This document shows, piece by piece, positions 1-8,760 of a stretch of 64,000 bases of DNA. A model generated the notes under the pieces. It ran no database searches, had not been told where the DNA came from, and was given only the letters and a program-made list of their open reading frames with translations. The position numbers were made by a program, and so were the translations under genes. The stretch is from sequence record KU521356.1, one strand, 5' to 3'. The first letter of the stretch is position 1; each line of letters begins with the position of its first letter.

Positions 1-390
1 ATGTCTTTTTATCTACCGAAATACACCGATCCAATTGAAGCAATCGAATGGAAAAAGAACGGTGATATACCTGGTGATGGCGTTATCAATAATATCAACC
101 AAGGTGCTATTGTTGGTTATGCTATACCTACTAAAGAGTCTACTCTTAGTAATGCGATTTGCCCATTATGTAATCTAACTGAATCTAGTCATGGTATTTT
201 ACGTGTAGGCCCAGATAAAGATAAAATTGTCTGTCCGGGTGATTTTATTATTTTAATTCGTAAAAATAATGGGCGTACACTAGATTACAAATTAATGCGT
301 CAACGTGAATTTAATAAACTTTATCAACTGGTAACAAAAGAGGAAGCTAAACAATGGGTAATGATGTTGGATCCAGAAAAGAAGGACTAA
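1..390 (+). CDS. hypothetical protein
   Basis: 129-aa ORF starting at base 1; first of a coupled run of four + ORFs ending in DHFR. Confidence 0.75.
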   Translation: MSFYLPKYTDPIEAIEWKKNGDIPGDGVINNINQGAIVGYAIPTKESTLSNAICPLCNLTESSHGILRVGPDKDKIVCPGDFIILIRKNNGRTLDYKLMRQREFNKLYQLVTKEEAKQWVMMLDPEKKD

Positions 391-938
391 AGTTATATGA
401 AGCTTTAGTTGAGGATATAATCATCACCAATGATCTTGGTACTGGTCTTCGACCATCTCTTAATATAACCACTAATGATGGTGTAACTAGGAATGTTACA
501 TTTGATCAACTTGAGAATTTTATTAAAGTTATAAAAGCCACGCATGATACGCAAACTGTTGGCACTCCATTACAATGGTGTATTTACAGGTATGCTCCTA
601 ATTTAGTTAAAGCTCGGTATATTGCAACTAGTTGGAAAATAACTGTAGACCATGTTAAAAAGACTTTGAATTTTCAAGGTACTTTAAACCACGAAGGTAC
701 TGTAGTTGATCATCCTAACTATGATCCAGATATTACCGCAAGAGAACTAATGTTCGATGAAACTATTACTGATTTTAGTCGATTTGAACAAATTGCTCTG
801 TCTGGAAATATCGCTAACTTTAAAGAAGAATTCAAAATGATGAAATATAGTTTTGACTTTAGTTACATTATTGAAGTTAGTAATGGCATGACTAGACTCA
901 AGGAGTTAGCTAATGATCAAACTGGATTATCAGATTAA
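354..938 (+). CDS. hypothetical protein (start uncertain)
   Basis: 194-aa ORF overlapping both neighbours; AT-rich phage codon usage. Confidence 0.7.
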   Translation: MGNDVGSRKEGLKLYEALVEDIIITNDLGTGLRPSLNITTNDGVTRNVTFDQLENFIKVIKATHDTQTVGTPLQWCIYRYAPNLVKARYIATSWKITVDHVKKTLNFQGTLNHEGTVVDHPNYDPDITARELMFDETITDFSRFEQIALSGNIANFKEEFKMMKYSFDFSYIIEVSNGMTRLKELANDQTGLSD

Positions 939-1419
939 ATCAGAAGTCAATCATCTATTAAATAGATTATTAGTTAAAAACTTAGATGGCACTGTTTATT
1001 TTAGAACAACTATTAAAGAAGACGATTTAAAAGACTTACCTGTTAATCTGATTAGTCTACAAGTACTTATAAATCTATTGATAGGTTATGAAGGACTAGA
1101 TATTACAACTAGTATTGAGGAATTCACACAACAGATTAGTCTGATTCTTTGGGACATGCCTATACTAGAAAAAGGCGAAGTGGAATACCTCTATATTGAA
1201 CAAGATATTAAGTTGAATGAATTAGTTATTAAACATAAAAGACCTGGTGTATTGATTGATGAGAAAGTATATGGTGAATTAACGCTATTACAAATGGCTC
1301 AAATTAATTACCTATTAGCGTCTACATTTAAGTTTAAAACTAATTTCACTTGCTGTAGTTGGGCTATTGAATTTAAAGATAATGAAGTATCTTGTAAATT
1401 CTGGCCTAAGGAAAATTAA
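913..1419 (+). CDS. hypothetical protein
   Basis: 168-aa ORF; its TAA overlaps the DHFR ATG (TAATG coupling). Confidence 0.75.
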   Translation: MIKLDYQIKSEVNHLLNRLLVKNLDGTVYFRTTIKEDDLKDLPVNLISLQVLINLLIGYEGLDITTSIEEFTQQISLILWDMPILEKGEVEYLYIEQDIKLNELVIKHKRPGVLIDEKVYGELTLLQMAQINYLLASTFKFKTNFTCCSWAIEFKDNEVSCKFWPKEN

Positions 1420-1940
1420 TGGCTATTAAATTAATCGTTGCCCATGACCTAAATGGTGTCATTGGATATAATAATCTATTACCTTGGCATATACCTGAGG
1501 ATTTAGCTTTCTTTAAAGAAATGACAACTGGTTGCTGTGTTATCATGGGTAAAAATACTTTCTTATCCTTAGGTAGTAAACCGTTACCTAATCGTAATAA
1601 CATTGTTGTATCATCAAGTTTATATCGTAACGGTAATTACCCAGTATCCTGTGATAATAAATTAGGTGTACTCCCTAATCTAAGTGCAGCTGTTATTTAT
1701 GCCACTCATTTCAATAAAGAAACTGGAAAGGATGTATGGATCATTGGCGGTTCTCAACTTTATAAAGAAGTCATTGAAAAGGATATTTTAGACGAAATGT
1801 ACATTACTACTGTCAAGATGGAAATCGATAATAGTAGTTGTGTTTATTTCCCTAAAGAAATCATTAAATGGGATAAATGGAAATCAACCATTATTAAAGA
1901 AACTGACCTATGTACATATACCCATTGGATTAAAACATAA
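1419..1940 (+). CDS. folA: dihydrofolate reductase
   Basis: Classic DHFR motifs: LIVAHDLNGVIG, LPWHIPEDLAFFK, VIMGKNTF, KPLPNRNNIVVS, WIIGGSQLY. Confidence 0.97.
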   Translation: MAIKLIVAHDLNGVIGYNNLLPWHIPEDLAFFKEMTTGCCVIMGKNTFLSLGSKPLPNRNNIVVSSSLYRNGNYPVSCDNKLGVLPNLSAAVIYATHFNKETGKDVWIIGGSQLYKEVIEKDILDEMYITTVKMEIDNSSCVYFPKEIIKWDKWKSTIIKETDLCTYTHWIKT

Positions 1941-1944
1941 TAAT

Positions 1945-1970
1945 AGCCTTCCCCCAGGGGAAGGCTTTAT
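1945..1970 (+). terminator. intrinsic terminator after DHFR
   Basis: AGCCTTCCC-CCAG-GGGAAGGCT followed by TTAT. Confidence 0.8.
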
Positions 1971-1988
1971 GTCATGTATTCAAATGTA

Positions 1989-2005
1989 TTTAAAGGGTAT
2001 ATTAC
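1989..2005 (+). promoter_or_regulatory. early promoter (TTTAAA-N3-TATATTAC)
   Basis: TTTAAAGGGTATATTAC; TATATTAC is the established phiKZ early-promoter core. Confidence 0.75.
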
Positions 2006-2056
2006 AAAGGTGAATTAAATACAGATTATTCTATTTATTATTGAGGGGTGCAGTCC

Positions 2057-2461
2057 ATGAAAAACACTAAGAAAACAACTTATAATGCTATCGATCTAAA
2101 TAAATTAAGTAAAGATATGTTCAGCGGTGGTAGAACCTGGGCAGCGGTTGAGTTTGCAATAAATTGTGCAAATGAGTTAATGGAGTTAAATAGTAAAGGA
2201 AATACTATTTTATTTGATGACGATATTGTCGACAAAGTTGAATTTGAACTTAAGATCTATGATTGGTGTGATGCACCACATGGCTGTTATCTTTATAGAT
2301 CTTTATGGAAGAATACTCAGGAAATTGTCTTTGGTGATAATGTAAATAAAGATGGAAGACTTGTATTGACTAAAGAAGAAGTACGTGAATACTTTTCAAG
2401 ATTCAAAATTTTCCGTAGTGTCATGTACTTATCCAACAGTATTAAAAAGTTAAAAGGGTAA
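2057..2461 (+). CDS. hypothetical early protein
   Basis: ORF track gives 2048-2461; ATG at 2057 preferred because GAGGGG lies at 2043-2048. Confidence 0.75.
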   Translation: MKNTKKTTYNAIDLNKLSKDMFSGGRTWAAVEFAINCANELMELNSKGNTILFDDDIVDKVEFELKIYDWCDAPHGCYLYRSLWKNTQEIVFGDNVNKDGRLVLTKEEVREYFSRFKIFRSVMYLSNSIKKLKG

Positions 2462-2492
2462 CCCTCCCCTACCGATAATACATTCAAACCAT

Positions 2493-2545
2493 TTTAAACA
2501 GTATATTACTAACTTGATATTTAACCTTCAATTAATGTAAAAAGG
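2493..2545 (+). repeat. early promoter/leader cassette, copy 1 (53 bp, identical to 4344-4396)
   Basis: TTTAAACAGTATATTACTAACTTGATATTTAACCTTCAATTAATGTAAAAAGG. Confidence 0.95.
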
Positions 2546-2555
2546 AATCTATACC

Positions 2556-3071
2556 ATGTTCGAAATTAAATTTTCTAAAAAAGAACAATTCCCTGGCCGT
2601 GGTCACTGCATCGAACTTTATGGTGATTATGTCACCGAGCGTGTATGGCATGCAGTGAAACAAATGGTTGAATGTAACATTACCAATCACGAGTTTTATA
2701 AGGCAAAAGAAGGTTTCTGTGTATTCTTCCAAGGTGGGCATGATAACCCTCATGGGAAATGGATCCTTCTGGAATTCTGGGTAGACGACATCGAGAAGAC
2801 TCGTGAGTTCGTTCGTCTCTTGACCATCACTATTAATCGAGTATTGACGGAGCGTTTTACTCAAATCTGCGTTAACCCTAATCAAATGGGTTATGCAGAT
2901 GGGGCAGGTGCATATACTGTACTTGGCGAAATCCATAAAGAAACTGGATGTCGTGTTAATTGGGGTAGTCCGACTACACCCATTACCTTCTATCCAGAAA
3001 ATAACTTGGAACATCGTAAAGTACTCGACTTGTGTGAAACCTTCGAACTCCCAGTAACTAAATGGGTATAA
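2556..3071 (+). CDS. hypothetical early protein
   Basis: 171 aa, AAGGA SD, directly after a promoter cassette. Confidence 0.85.
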   Translation: MFEIKFSKKEQFPGRGHCIELYGDYVTERVWHAVKQMVECNITNHEFYKAKEGFCVFFQGGHDNPHGKWILLEFWVDDIEKTREFVRLLTITINRVLTERFTQICVNPNQMGYADGAGAYTVLGEIHKETGCRVNWGSPTTPITFYPENNLEHRKVLDLCETFELPVTKWV

Positions 3072-3088
3072 TTAGAGGATAAAGTACC

Positions 3089-3325
3089 ATGTACATCGTT
3101 ATCCACAGAGACGAGTCTGAAAGACATGAATTGACTGTAGGTGATCCTAAAGATCTTATCGCGATCTTAGTCATTCTGGAGAATAGTGATAAAGTCATTG
3201 AATATAAGGTTATCGATTCGGATGTTGGTGTAATCAAGGACTTTAGATACTCATTTGGTTGGGGTAACGGGTTCTTCACTAAAAATGCAAAAGATAATTT
3301 TAACTGGAATCAATCGAGGAAATAA
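3089..3325 (+). CDS. hypothetical early protein
   Basis: 78 aa, GAGGA SD. Confidence 0.75.
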   Translation: MYIVIHRDESERHELTVGDPKDLIAILVILENSDKVIEYKVIDSDVGVIKDFRYSFGWGNGFFTKNAKDNFNWNQSRK

Positions 3326-3327
3326 TA

Positions 3328-3540
3328 ATGGCTAACAGTAAAATCAGTGGCGAAGCTGTAATGAAATATCTACGTTCTCGAAATGACCACGTGGATTTTA
3401 TGCGAGATAAACTGTCGGTTTACATTGAAAATGATGAAGTGGTAGTTAAGATTATAGATACTACTTCAGGTGGTTCTGCAACACACCACTCAGGTTATGA
3501 TGTAAACAACTTTGAAAGAACGTATGGTCAAACTAACTAA
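3328..3540 (+). CDS. hypothetical early protein
   Basis: 70 aa, GAGGA SD. Confidence 0.75.
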   Translation: MANSKISGEAVMKYLRSRNDHVDFMRDKLSVYIENDEVVVKIIDTTSGGSATHHSGYDVNNFERTYGQTN

Positions 3541-3571
3541 ATAAATTAGTAACACTTATTGGCGACATACA

Positions 3572-3597
3572 CCCTCCCTTCGGGGAGGGCTTTATTT
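3572..3597 (+). terminator. intrinsic terminator
   Basis: CCCTCC-CTTCG-GGAGGG followed by CTTTATTTT. Confidence 0.8.
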
Positions 3598-3641
3598 TCA
3601 ATATAGACATATTTTTTTAATACATTAGTTGGAGTTTAAAA

Positions 3642-3974
3642 ATGTTTAATAAAAATTTTATCAATGGTATTCAAATTTTTGTTGCCGCAACTACTGTTGC
3701 TACAACTATTGTTAAGTTAGTCGAATCATACAACAAATTAAATGAAGAAAAATCGGCTAACGATGTATGTAAGAAAATCCATATGGAAATCCATAAATTA
3801 ACTAGCCTGTTTATTGAACAAGATATACCTAATGAAGAACGCTGTGTTAGGTTACGTAAAACTGTTGATACATTAGTTAATAAACACTGCTCTAAATTAA
3901 CTGGCCGCCGGCGACTCAGGGCTGTTGCAGAAATCACTCGACATGTAGATGACTATTGTCGTCTGTGGAAATGA
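3642..3974 (+). CDS. hypothetical protein with hydrophobic N-terminus
   Basis: 110 aa, GGAG SD; N-terminal IQIFVAATTVATTIV. Confidence 0.75.
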   Translation: MFNKNFINGIQIFVAATTVATTIVKLVESYNKLNEEKSANDVCKKIHMEIHKLTSLFIEQDIPNEERCVRLRKTVDTLVNKHCSKLTGRRRLRAVAEITRHVDDYCRLWK

Positions 3975-3975
3975 A

Positions 3976-4047
3976 ATAATACATTCAAACCATTTTAACC
4001 AGTATATCACAACAGTGTAATTAAACCTATTAAATCAGTAAAAAGGA
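3976..4047 (+). promoter_or_regulatory. diverged early promoter/leader cassette
   Basis: ATAATACATTCAAACCATTTTAA is identical to 2476-2498; TATATCAC at 4003-4010; GTAAAAAGGA at 4038-4047. Confidence 0.8.
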
Positions 4048-4055
4048 ATCAAACT

Positions 4056-4316
4056 ATGACAACTTTCCTGACTTTTAAATCTGACGAAGACTTGGAGAAA
4101 GAAGCAATCCGTCGTGCACGTGCTATCATGGGTTTCCGTGGTGACCGTGATGCAGCTACTCGTCAGGTATGCATCAATCCTGTACGAGGTAAGGATTACC
4201 GTAACTGGTTATCCCATAGCGCTACCTGGAAAGATGGTAACATTGTTGTTGATGAAGATAGTCTCATTGAGCTAGCCCGTGCCATCATTGATGAGACCTA
4301 CCTGCACGATATGTAA
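4056..4316 (+). CDS. hypothetical early protein
   Basis: 86 aa, AAGGA SD. Confidence 0.8.
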   Translation: MTTFLTFKSDEDLEKEAIRRARAIMGFRGDRDAATRQVCINPVRGKDYRNWLSHSATWKDGNIVVDEDSLIELARAIIDETYLHDM

Positions 4317-4343
4317 TAACTACTACTCCCTTATTCAAACATA

Positions 4344-4396
4344 TTTAAACAGTATATTACTAACTTGATATTTAACCTTCAATTAATGTAAAAAGG
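4344..4396 (+). repeat. early promoter/leader cassette, copy 2
   Basis: 53/53 identical to 2493-2545; TATATTAC at 4353-4360. Confidence 0.95.
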
Positions 4397-4406
4397 GACT
4401 TTAAAA

Positions 4407-4556
4407 ATGAAAGCATTCGCACTAGTGGTTATTGGTTTGACTTTTGGTGGACTGTTTGTAAACGCTAAGTTTGAAGAGCAAACTATTTCTAATGAAACTG
4501 TTATCCTCGGTCATCGTATCGGTCCCAATGGTCAAGAAATGCTCGTAACTAAATAG
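4407..4556 (+). CDS. small (49 aa) signal-peptide-like protein, absent from the ORF track
   Basis: MKAFALVVIGLTFGGLFVNAKFEEQTISNETVILGHRIGPNGQEMLVTK; first gene after the promoter cassette, AAGGGA SD. Confidence 0.75.
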   Translation: MKAFALVVIGLTFGGLFVNAKFEEQTISNETVILGHRIGPNGQEMLVTK

Positions 4557-4566
4557 AGAAATAAAA

Positions 4567-4908
4567 ATGGAAAAGTCCGTAGCAGTTAAAGTAATCGACA
4601 ACATGTGCCGTCCGAATATCGTTGCTCGCATGAATGGTAAACTGGTCTACCATGCTCGTAATGTAAAAATAGTAGAAGGTAAGGATCTATGGCCGAACCG
4701 CACTGACGTAGATGATGTTCGTGTACTGGTCGGTGAAGCCTTCCGTAACGGTGAATGGGTACCCATGCGCAGTTCTAGCCTGGTTAACGTAGATGCTGTT
4801 ACCGGTGTATACGAAACCCTCAACTCTGTTTACATTGCTCCGGATCTTCTGGGAAGTCTCTCGGTGGGTCCTGATATCTTCAATGATGATGCAACTTTGA
4901 AAGGATAA
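4567..4908 (+). CDS. hypothetical early protein
   Basis: 113 aa, host-like codon usage. Confidence 0.8.
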   Translation: MEKSVAVKVIDNMCRPNIVARMNGKLVYHARNVKIVEGKDLWPNRTDVDDVRVLVGEAFRNGEWVPMRSSSLVNVDAVTGVYETLNSVYIAPDLLGSLSVGPDIFNDDATLKG

Positions 4909-4913
4909 TCAAT

Positions 4914-5312
4914 ATGAACTTCATCAAAGAAAACGCACTTGGTCTTGGTCTTATTGCACTGGCAGTTGGCGCAACAGCCGTTGCTGCCATCCTCGCGGTC
5001 AAAGCTACCGTAAAGGAAGACGGTCAGGCTGTAGCCGAACAGATCGAAAGCAGTATCTCTGATATTCTTATCGATAAGATCTCCACCTACCGTAACAGTG
5101 AACAACATCGCAAGCTGGTAAATCATCTTCGTCGAGATCACGAGTTGGATGTCGCAGAGTTCATCTCACGGACCCAATTGGACATCGCGCTCAACATTCT
5201 TCCAGAGGTAGAAGTACTTCTGGAATCTCATCGTGATCAGCTGACCGTGGAAGAGTTCGATCGACTGGTTGCAAATCTCCAACATTTCGTGCAACGGATC
5301 ATCACTAAGTGA
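4914..5312 (+). CDS. hypothetical protein with N-terminal membrane anchor
   Basis: 132 aa; ALGLGLIALAVGATAVAAILAV hydrophobic helix; AAGGA SD. Confidence 0.8.
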   Translation: MNFIKENALGLGLIALAVGATAVAAILAVKATVKEDGQAVAEQIESSISDILIDKISTYRNSEQHRKLVNHLRRDHELDVAEFISRTQLDIALNILPEVEVLLESHRDQLTVEEFDRLVANLQHFVQRIITK

Positions 5313-5482
5313 AAACCAAAATAGTGGTAGGTTTTCTTGCAGTTCTAATGGGACTAACTACTGCTGGTAGTGAGTTCTATTATGAACTGACCAAACCCGA
5401 AGGTAAGGTTTCGAAGGAATGGTGTCAACAGCCGGCTAAACCGAAATGTACTATGTTTGTATTTACTATTACTGAGGAATAA
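5309..5482 (+). CDS. small (57 aa) exported or membrane peptide, absent from the ORF track
   Basis: GTG start in a 4-nt overlap with the upstream gene end; MKTKIVVGFLAVLMGLTTAGSEFYYELTKPEGKVSKEWCQQPAKPKCTMFVFTITEE. Confidence 0.65.
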   Translation: MKTKIVVGFLAVLMGLTTAGSEFYYELTKPEGKVSKEWCQQPAKPKCTMFVFTITEE

Positions 5483-5485
5483 TAA

Positions 5486-5893
5486 ATGGATAGTCGTCTG
5501 TCGAGAGTCTTCCAAAACGTGGACCATGTGTTCACCCAAGAACAGACCAATGAACTGGTCAATCGTCGTAATGAAGACATGTTGTTGACTGTACAGGTTG
5601 ATGACATGTTGGCATTGATCCATAACGACCATGTTAAGTACAGGGACCTAGTAAAGATTATCATCGAGGATACTATCGCCTTCATAAAAGCAGAGCGTCT
5701 CTCGCTCATTGGTATAGGTCTTTTCAACAAGATGGTCTATGTTGATCAAGGCCCGGATGCTGTTGGCTTTTTAGAATATATTAAGGTAGCTGAGTACACA
5801 TCCACTCACGTGGATGAGTCCAATGCATGGGTGAATATGTATCGCAATAAGATAAAGACTTTCATGCTACCAATTCTCTCTCAGCTTCTGTGA
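5486..5893 (+). CDS. hypothetical early protein
   Basis: 135 aa, GAGGA SD. Confidence 0.8.
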   Translation: MDSRLSRVFQNVDHVFTQEQTNELVNRRNEDMLLTVQVDDMLALIHNDHVKYRDLVKIIIEDTIAFIKAERLSLIGIGLFNKMVYVDQGPDAVGFLEYIKVAEYTSTHVDESNAWVNMYRNKIKTFMLPILSQLL

Positions 5894-6042
5894 TATGAAT
5901 AAACCAGCGCCCGAGGGTACTGTCAAAGAACTGACCCAGGAATAAAAGATGGGACTCTTCGGAGACTCCATCCCAATGTATCTTGGAAAGGATGCATTGG
6001 GATGTACATAATCCAAATTAATCGTAAAAAGGAAAATACACC

Positions 6043-7155
6043 ATGAAACAATATCGTGAACCCGTAACCCGTCTGACCAAAGAAAAACTGGAATGGGTTA
6101 TCAGCCGTCGTAAAGAAAGAAAGGCCGAACAACCTTTCGGTCGTGCCCATTTCCCTGCCGGTACTCGTGCTATCTTCGAATCCTGCTCCCTTCGTTACCT
6201 GGATGAGAATGAACGTGTGTATCCTGGACAGCGCTACGAGACATTCGAAGCTACTGTTCTCGGCGTTGTGGCCAATGGTCATAACAGTTATGTCGCTATT
6301 CTGGACATGCCCTGTGATCTTACTGAAAGCCGTAACAAGGCAATCAACGTCAGTTGGTGCCGTGGTATTGTATCGCGCGGTGAAGGTAATTTCACCTGGT
6401 TCAAAGAAGAGTCAACCGAGTATGATCGCAATCATGGTTGGAACATCCGTGAGAAACATCCGACTGTTCGTTGGGCAGAAGGTCCTCGTCCTACTAAAGT
6501 ACGTAGCCTTACCTGGGCAGAGGAATTCGATTATAACCGCGCAGTAGATCCGGTATACATCGAAATCAACAAACATCACAGTCAGTACTATATCACTGAC
6601 ATGCGTTCGTTTGTGATGTTCACTCTTCGGGAACATCCTGCTTATGCAAACTCGTTTAAAGATCATCTGCATAAACTGGACAAGCTAGTCATGGCGCTGT
6701 ACTCCGATCCGACTATCAAAGCAGCTGAAGTAAAGCTGTCTCGCTACTCTGTTAGCTGGTTGATCAGCAAGAAGAAGTTCCATAAAGTCCTGCAACGCCT
6801 GCTTCCGTTCTACAAGACTTCTCGTCGTAAGGCGCAAGAAGAAGACGATAAAGCAATTAGCGAGATGTATGAGGCTGAACTGGACCGTGACCTCAGTGAA
6901 CAGTATGGTGAGTCTGATGATACCTCGGATGAATCAAGCTATTCATGGAATGACAGCACGCCCCTGGATGATGATGATCTGAATGTGTTTGATATGTACG
7001 ACGACTCGGCATGCTCGCGTGAAATCAGTGATGATGTTCAACCCAAAACTATTGGTGAACTCCTGCGTGAAGCAATGGAGAACCCTGAAGAAGAGAAATC
7101 CAAATTAGTTATTGGAAGTATGGAAACTCTTTCTAAAGCGGTTATCATCAAATAG
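6043..7155 (+). CDS. early protein with acidic C-terminal region; possibly the phiKZ014-type ribosome-binding factor
   Basis: 370 aa, strong SD, basic core then D/E/S-rich segment. Identity rests on recalled size and position only. Confidence 0.45.
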   Translation: MKQYREPVTRLTKEKLEWVISRRKERKAEQPFGRAHFPAGTRAIFESCSLRYLDENERVYPGQRYETFEATVLGVVANGHNSYVAILDMPCDLTESRNKAINVSWCRGIVSRGEGNFTWFKEESTEYDRNHGWNIREKHPTVRWAEGPRPTKVRSLTWAEEFDYNRAVDPVYIEINKHHSQYYITDMRSFVMFTLREHPAYANSFKDHLHKLDKLVMALYSDPTIKAAEVKLSRYSVSWLISKKKFHKVLQRLLPFYKTSRRKAQEEDDKAISEMYEAELDRDLSEQYGESDDTSDESSYSWNDSTPLDDDDLNVFDMYDDSACSREISDDVQPKTIGELLREAMENPEEEKSKLVIGSMETLSKAVIIK

Positions 7156-7170
7156 ATTACACGCAATAAT

Positions 7171-7197
7171 GGGAGTCTTCGGACTCCCTTTTATTTT
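7171..7197 (+). terminator. intrinsic terminator
   Basis: GGGAGTC-TTCG-GACTCCC followed by TTTTATTTT. Confidence 0.9.
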
Positions 7198-7259
7198 CTA
7201 CATCGTAATATTTTTTTATTTAGCAATATATTCATAAACTGTAAAAAGGAAGATATCTC

Positions 7260-8261
7260 ATGATCATCAATGCAACCATCACTCGCGCAATGTTGAGTGC
7301 TCAAACTACAGAATCATCGCTTCTGTTTATTCTGACACACCTACATGGCAGTCCAGATGCTACTTCGTCGGATATGAACGACACCAAGCGCATTCTCGCC
7401 TCTAACGATCCTCTAAGTACCCTGTGGCAATGTGGTTGCCATTTGGTCGTATCGGAAGACGAACGCTGGTTCATTTCTCCATTCGGTGATACTGTACGCC
7501 TGGCATACCAGCACAAAGTACGTGGTAGCTGGATTACTTTCGGCATAGACCTGTTCGATCCGGAAGAATCCGAATCGGTACTATTGGCTATCCGTAGGCG
7601 GCTCCGCACCGGTTTCCCAGCAGATGAACTTGAAGTTAACTGTGGTATCAAAGGTTACCTCGAAGAAAGTTACGAGGTCAACGGGACCGGTTTGTGGAGC
7701 GTAGGTCGGATCATTCTGGCTCTGCATCCCACCAGCCCTTTCCGTTTTGCTGCTCTGGAACGTTTGTACGAGATTGCTAAGTTCCATAAGAACTACGCTG
7801 ACATCGTGGATAATGTCGGGATCAATCATGATCGTAATTACCTGAATAACATCGTTGATGGAAAATGGGTGGTCGAAGAGAAAGATGCTCAAGCTGTATT
7901 GAACAGCTACTTCACTTCGATGCTGAAGTTATTCTTCGACCGTGGTTTCTACTATCAGGATACTATCGATGGCGGCAGGATCGATGTTCGTAGCAATGAA
8001 GGATCGTACTACCTCATTGGTGGTAATGCCACTGTAAATACCATCAATATCACTTACCTCAGTGCTAACAAAATAGAGATTCGTGATGGTGAATGGGAGT
8101 TCGCTTGGGACTGCAACAACACTGAATACTTCTTCGCTGAACATCCAGTAGATGCACTGCTTGCATATCACAAGCGTGTTGATCAGGAACATTCTTACAA
8201 AGCCACTGGTCTTGGTCATAGCCTGGAAGACATCCACAAGGTTCAACATATTCTAAAATGA
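7260..8261 (+). CDS. hypothetical early protein
   Basis: 333 aa, GTAAAAAGGA leader at 7241-7250. Confidence 0.85.
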   Translation: MIINATITRAMLSAQTTESSLLFILTHLHGSPDATSSDMNDTKRILASNDPLSTLWQCGCHLVVSEDERWFISPFGDTVRLAYQHKVRGSWITFGIDLFDPEESESVLLAIRRRLRTGFPADELEVNCGIKGYLEESYEVNGTGLWSVGRIILALHPTSPFRFAALERLYEIAKFHKNYADIVDNVGINHDRNYLNNIVDGKWVVEEKDAQAVLNSYFTSMLKLFFDRGFYYQDTIDGGRIDVRSNEGSYYLIGGNATVNTINITYLSANKIEIRDGEWEFAWDCNNTEYFFAEHPVDALLAYHKRVDQEHSYKATGLGHSLEDIHKVQHILK

Positions 8262-8273
8262 GGAAGATTAATT

Positions 8274-8753
8274 ATGTCGTATAACCTAGGCATTGTCACT
8301 CGCAATAAGTCGGCACTGATTGTCACCAATGATTACAAATATGATGAGTTCGTTCTACTAAAACCGACCAGTGGTCTCAAGGTAGAAGGTCAGTTGGTGC
8401 AATTGGTCTGTATCTGTTTCGGTGACAAGGAAAAGCGTTCTCTGACTCACAAGATCATGACCAATGCTGAACAAGCAGATTACACCAAGGAAGACATCCT
8501 GGCTATGATGAAGGAACACGGTGTAGAACTTCGAGTGATCACTGATAAGGCAGTTCATGTATTTCAGTACATTCGTGATGTGGCTATCCATGGTGTGGTT
8601 GATTCCAATAACACCACCTTCTGGTTCGGCGACACGGAACACCGAAAATTGTTTTATCCGTATTGCGGTATTGAAGGTAAATCTTTTCATCATGCCCATC
8701 GTGATAAAGAATTGTGTCGGGTATTTGAGTTTGTCGCTGTAATCAATTGGTAA
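8274..8753 (+). CDS. hypothetical early protein
   Basis: 159 aa, GAGGA SD. Confidence 0.8.
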   Translation: MSYNLGIVTRNKSALIVTNDYKYDEFVLLKPTSGLKVEGQLVQLVCICFGDKEKRSLTHKIMTNAEQADYTKEDILAMMKEHGVELRVITDKAVHVFQYIRDVAIHGVVDSNNTTFWFGDTEHRKLFYPYCGIEGKSFHHAHRDKELCRVFEFVAVINW

Positions 8754-8760
8754 CGATATA

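Noticed and set aside
1419-1940. DHFR as an acquired trimethoprim-resistance gene
   Set aside because: No integron or IS context; AT-rich phage codon usage and coupling to phage genes; DHFR is an ordinary phage nucleotide-metabolism gene.
2476-4396. CRISPR-like array from the repeated 53-bp and 23-bp blocks
   Set aside because: Only 2-3 copies separated by whole genes (0.35-1.9 kb); they contain promoter and SD motifs, and no cas genes are present.
8274-8753. Ntn-hydrolase or proteasome-beta-like N-terminus (MSYNLGIV..LIVTND)
   Set aside because: Resemblance is limited to a few residues; no further catalytic motif seen.
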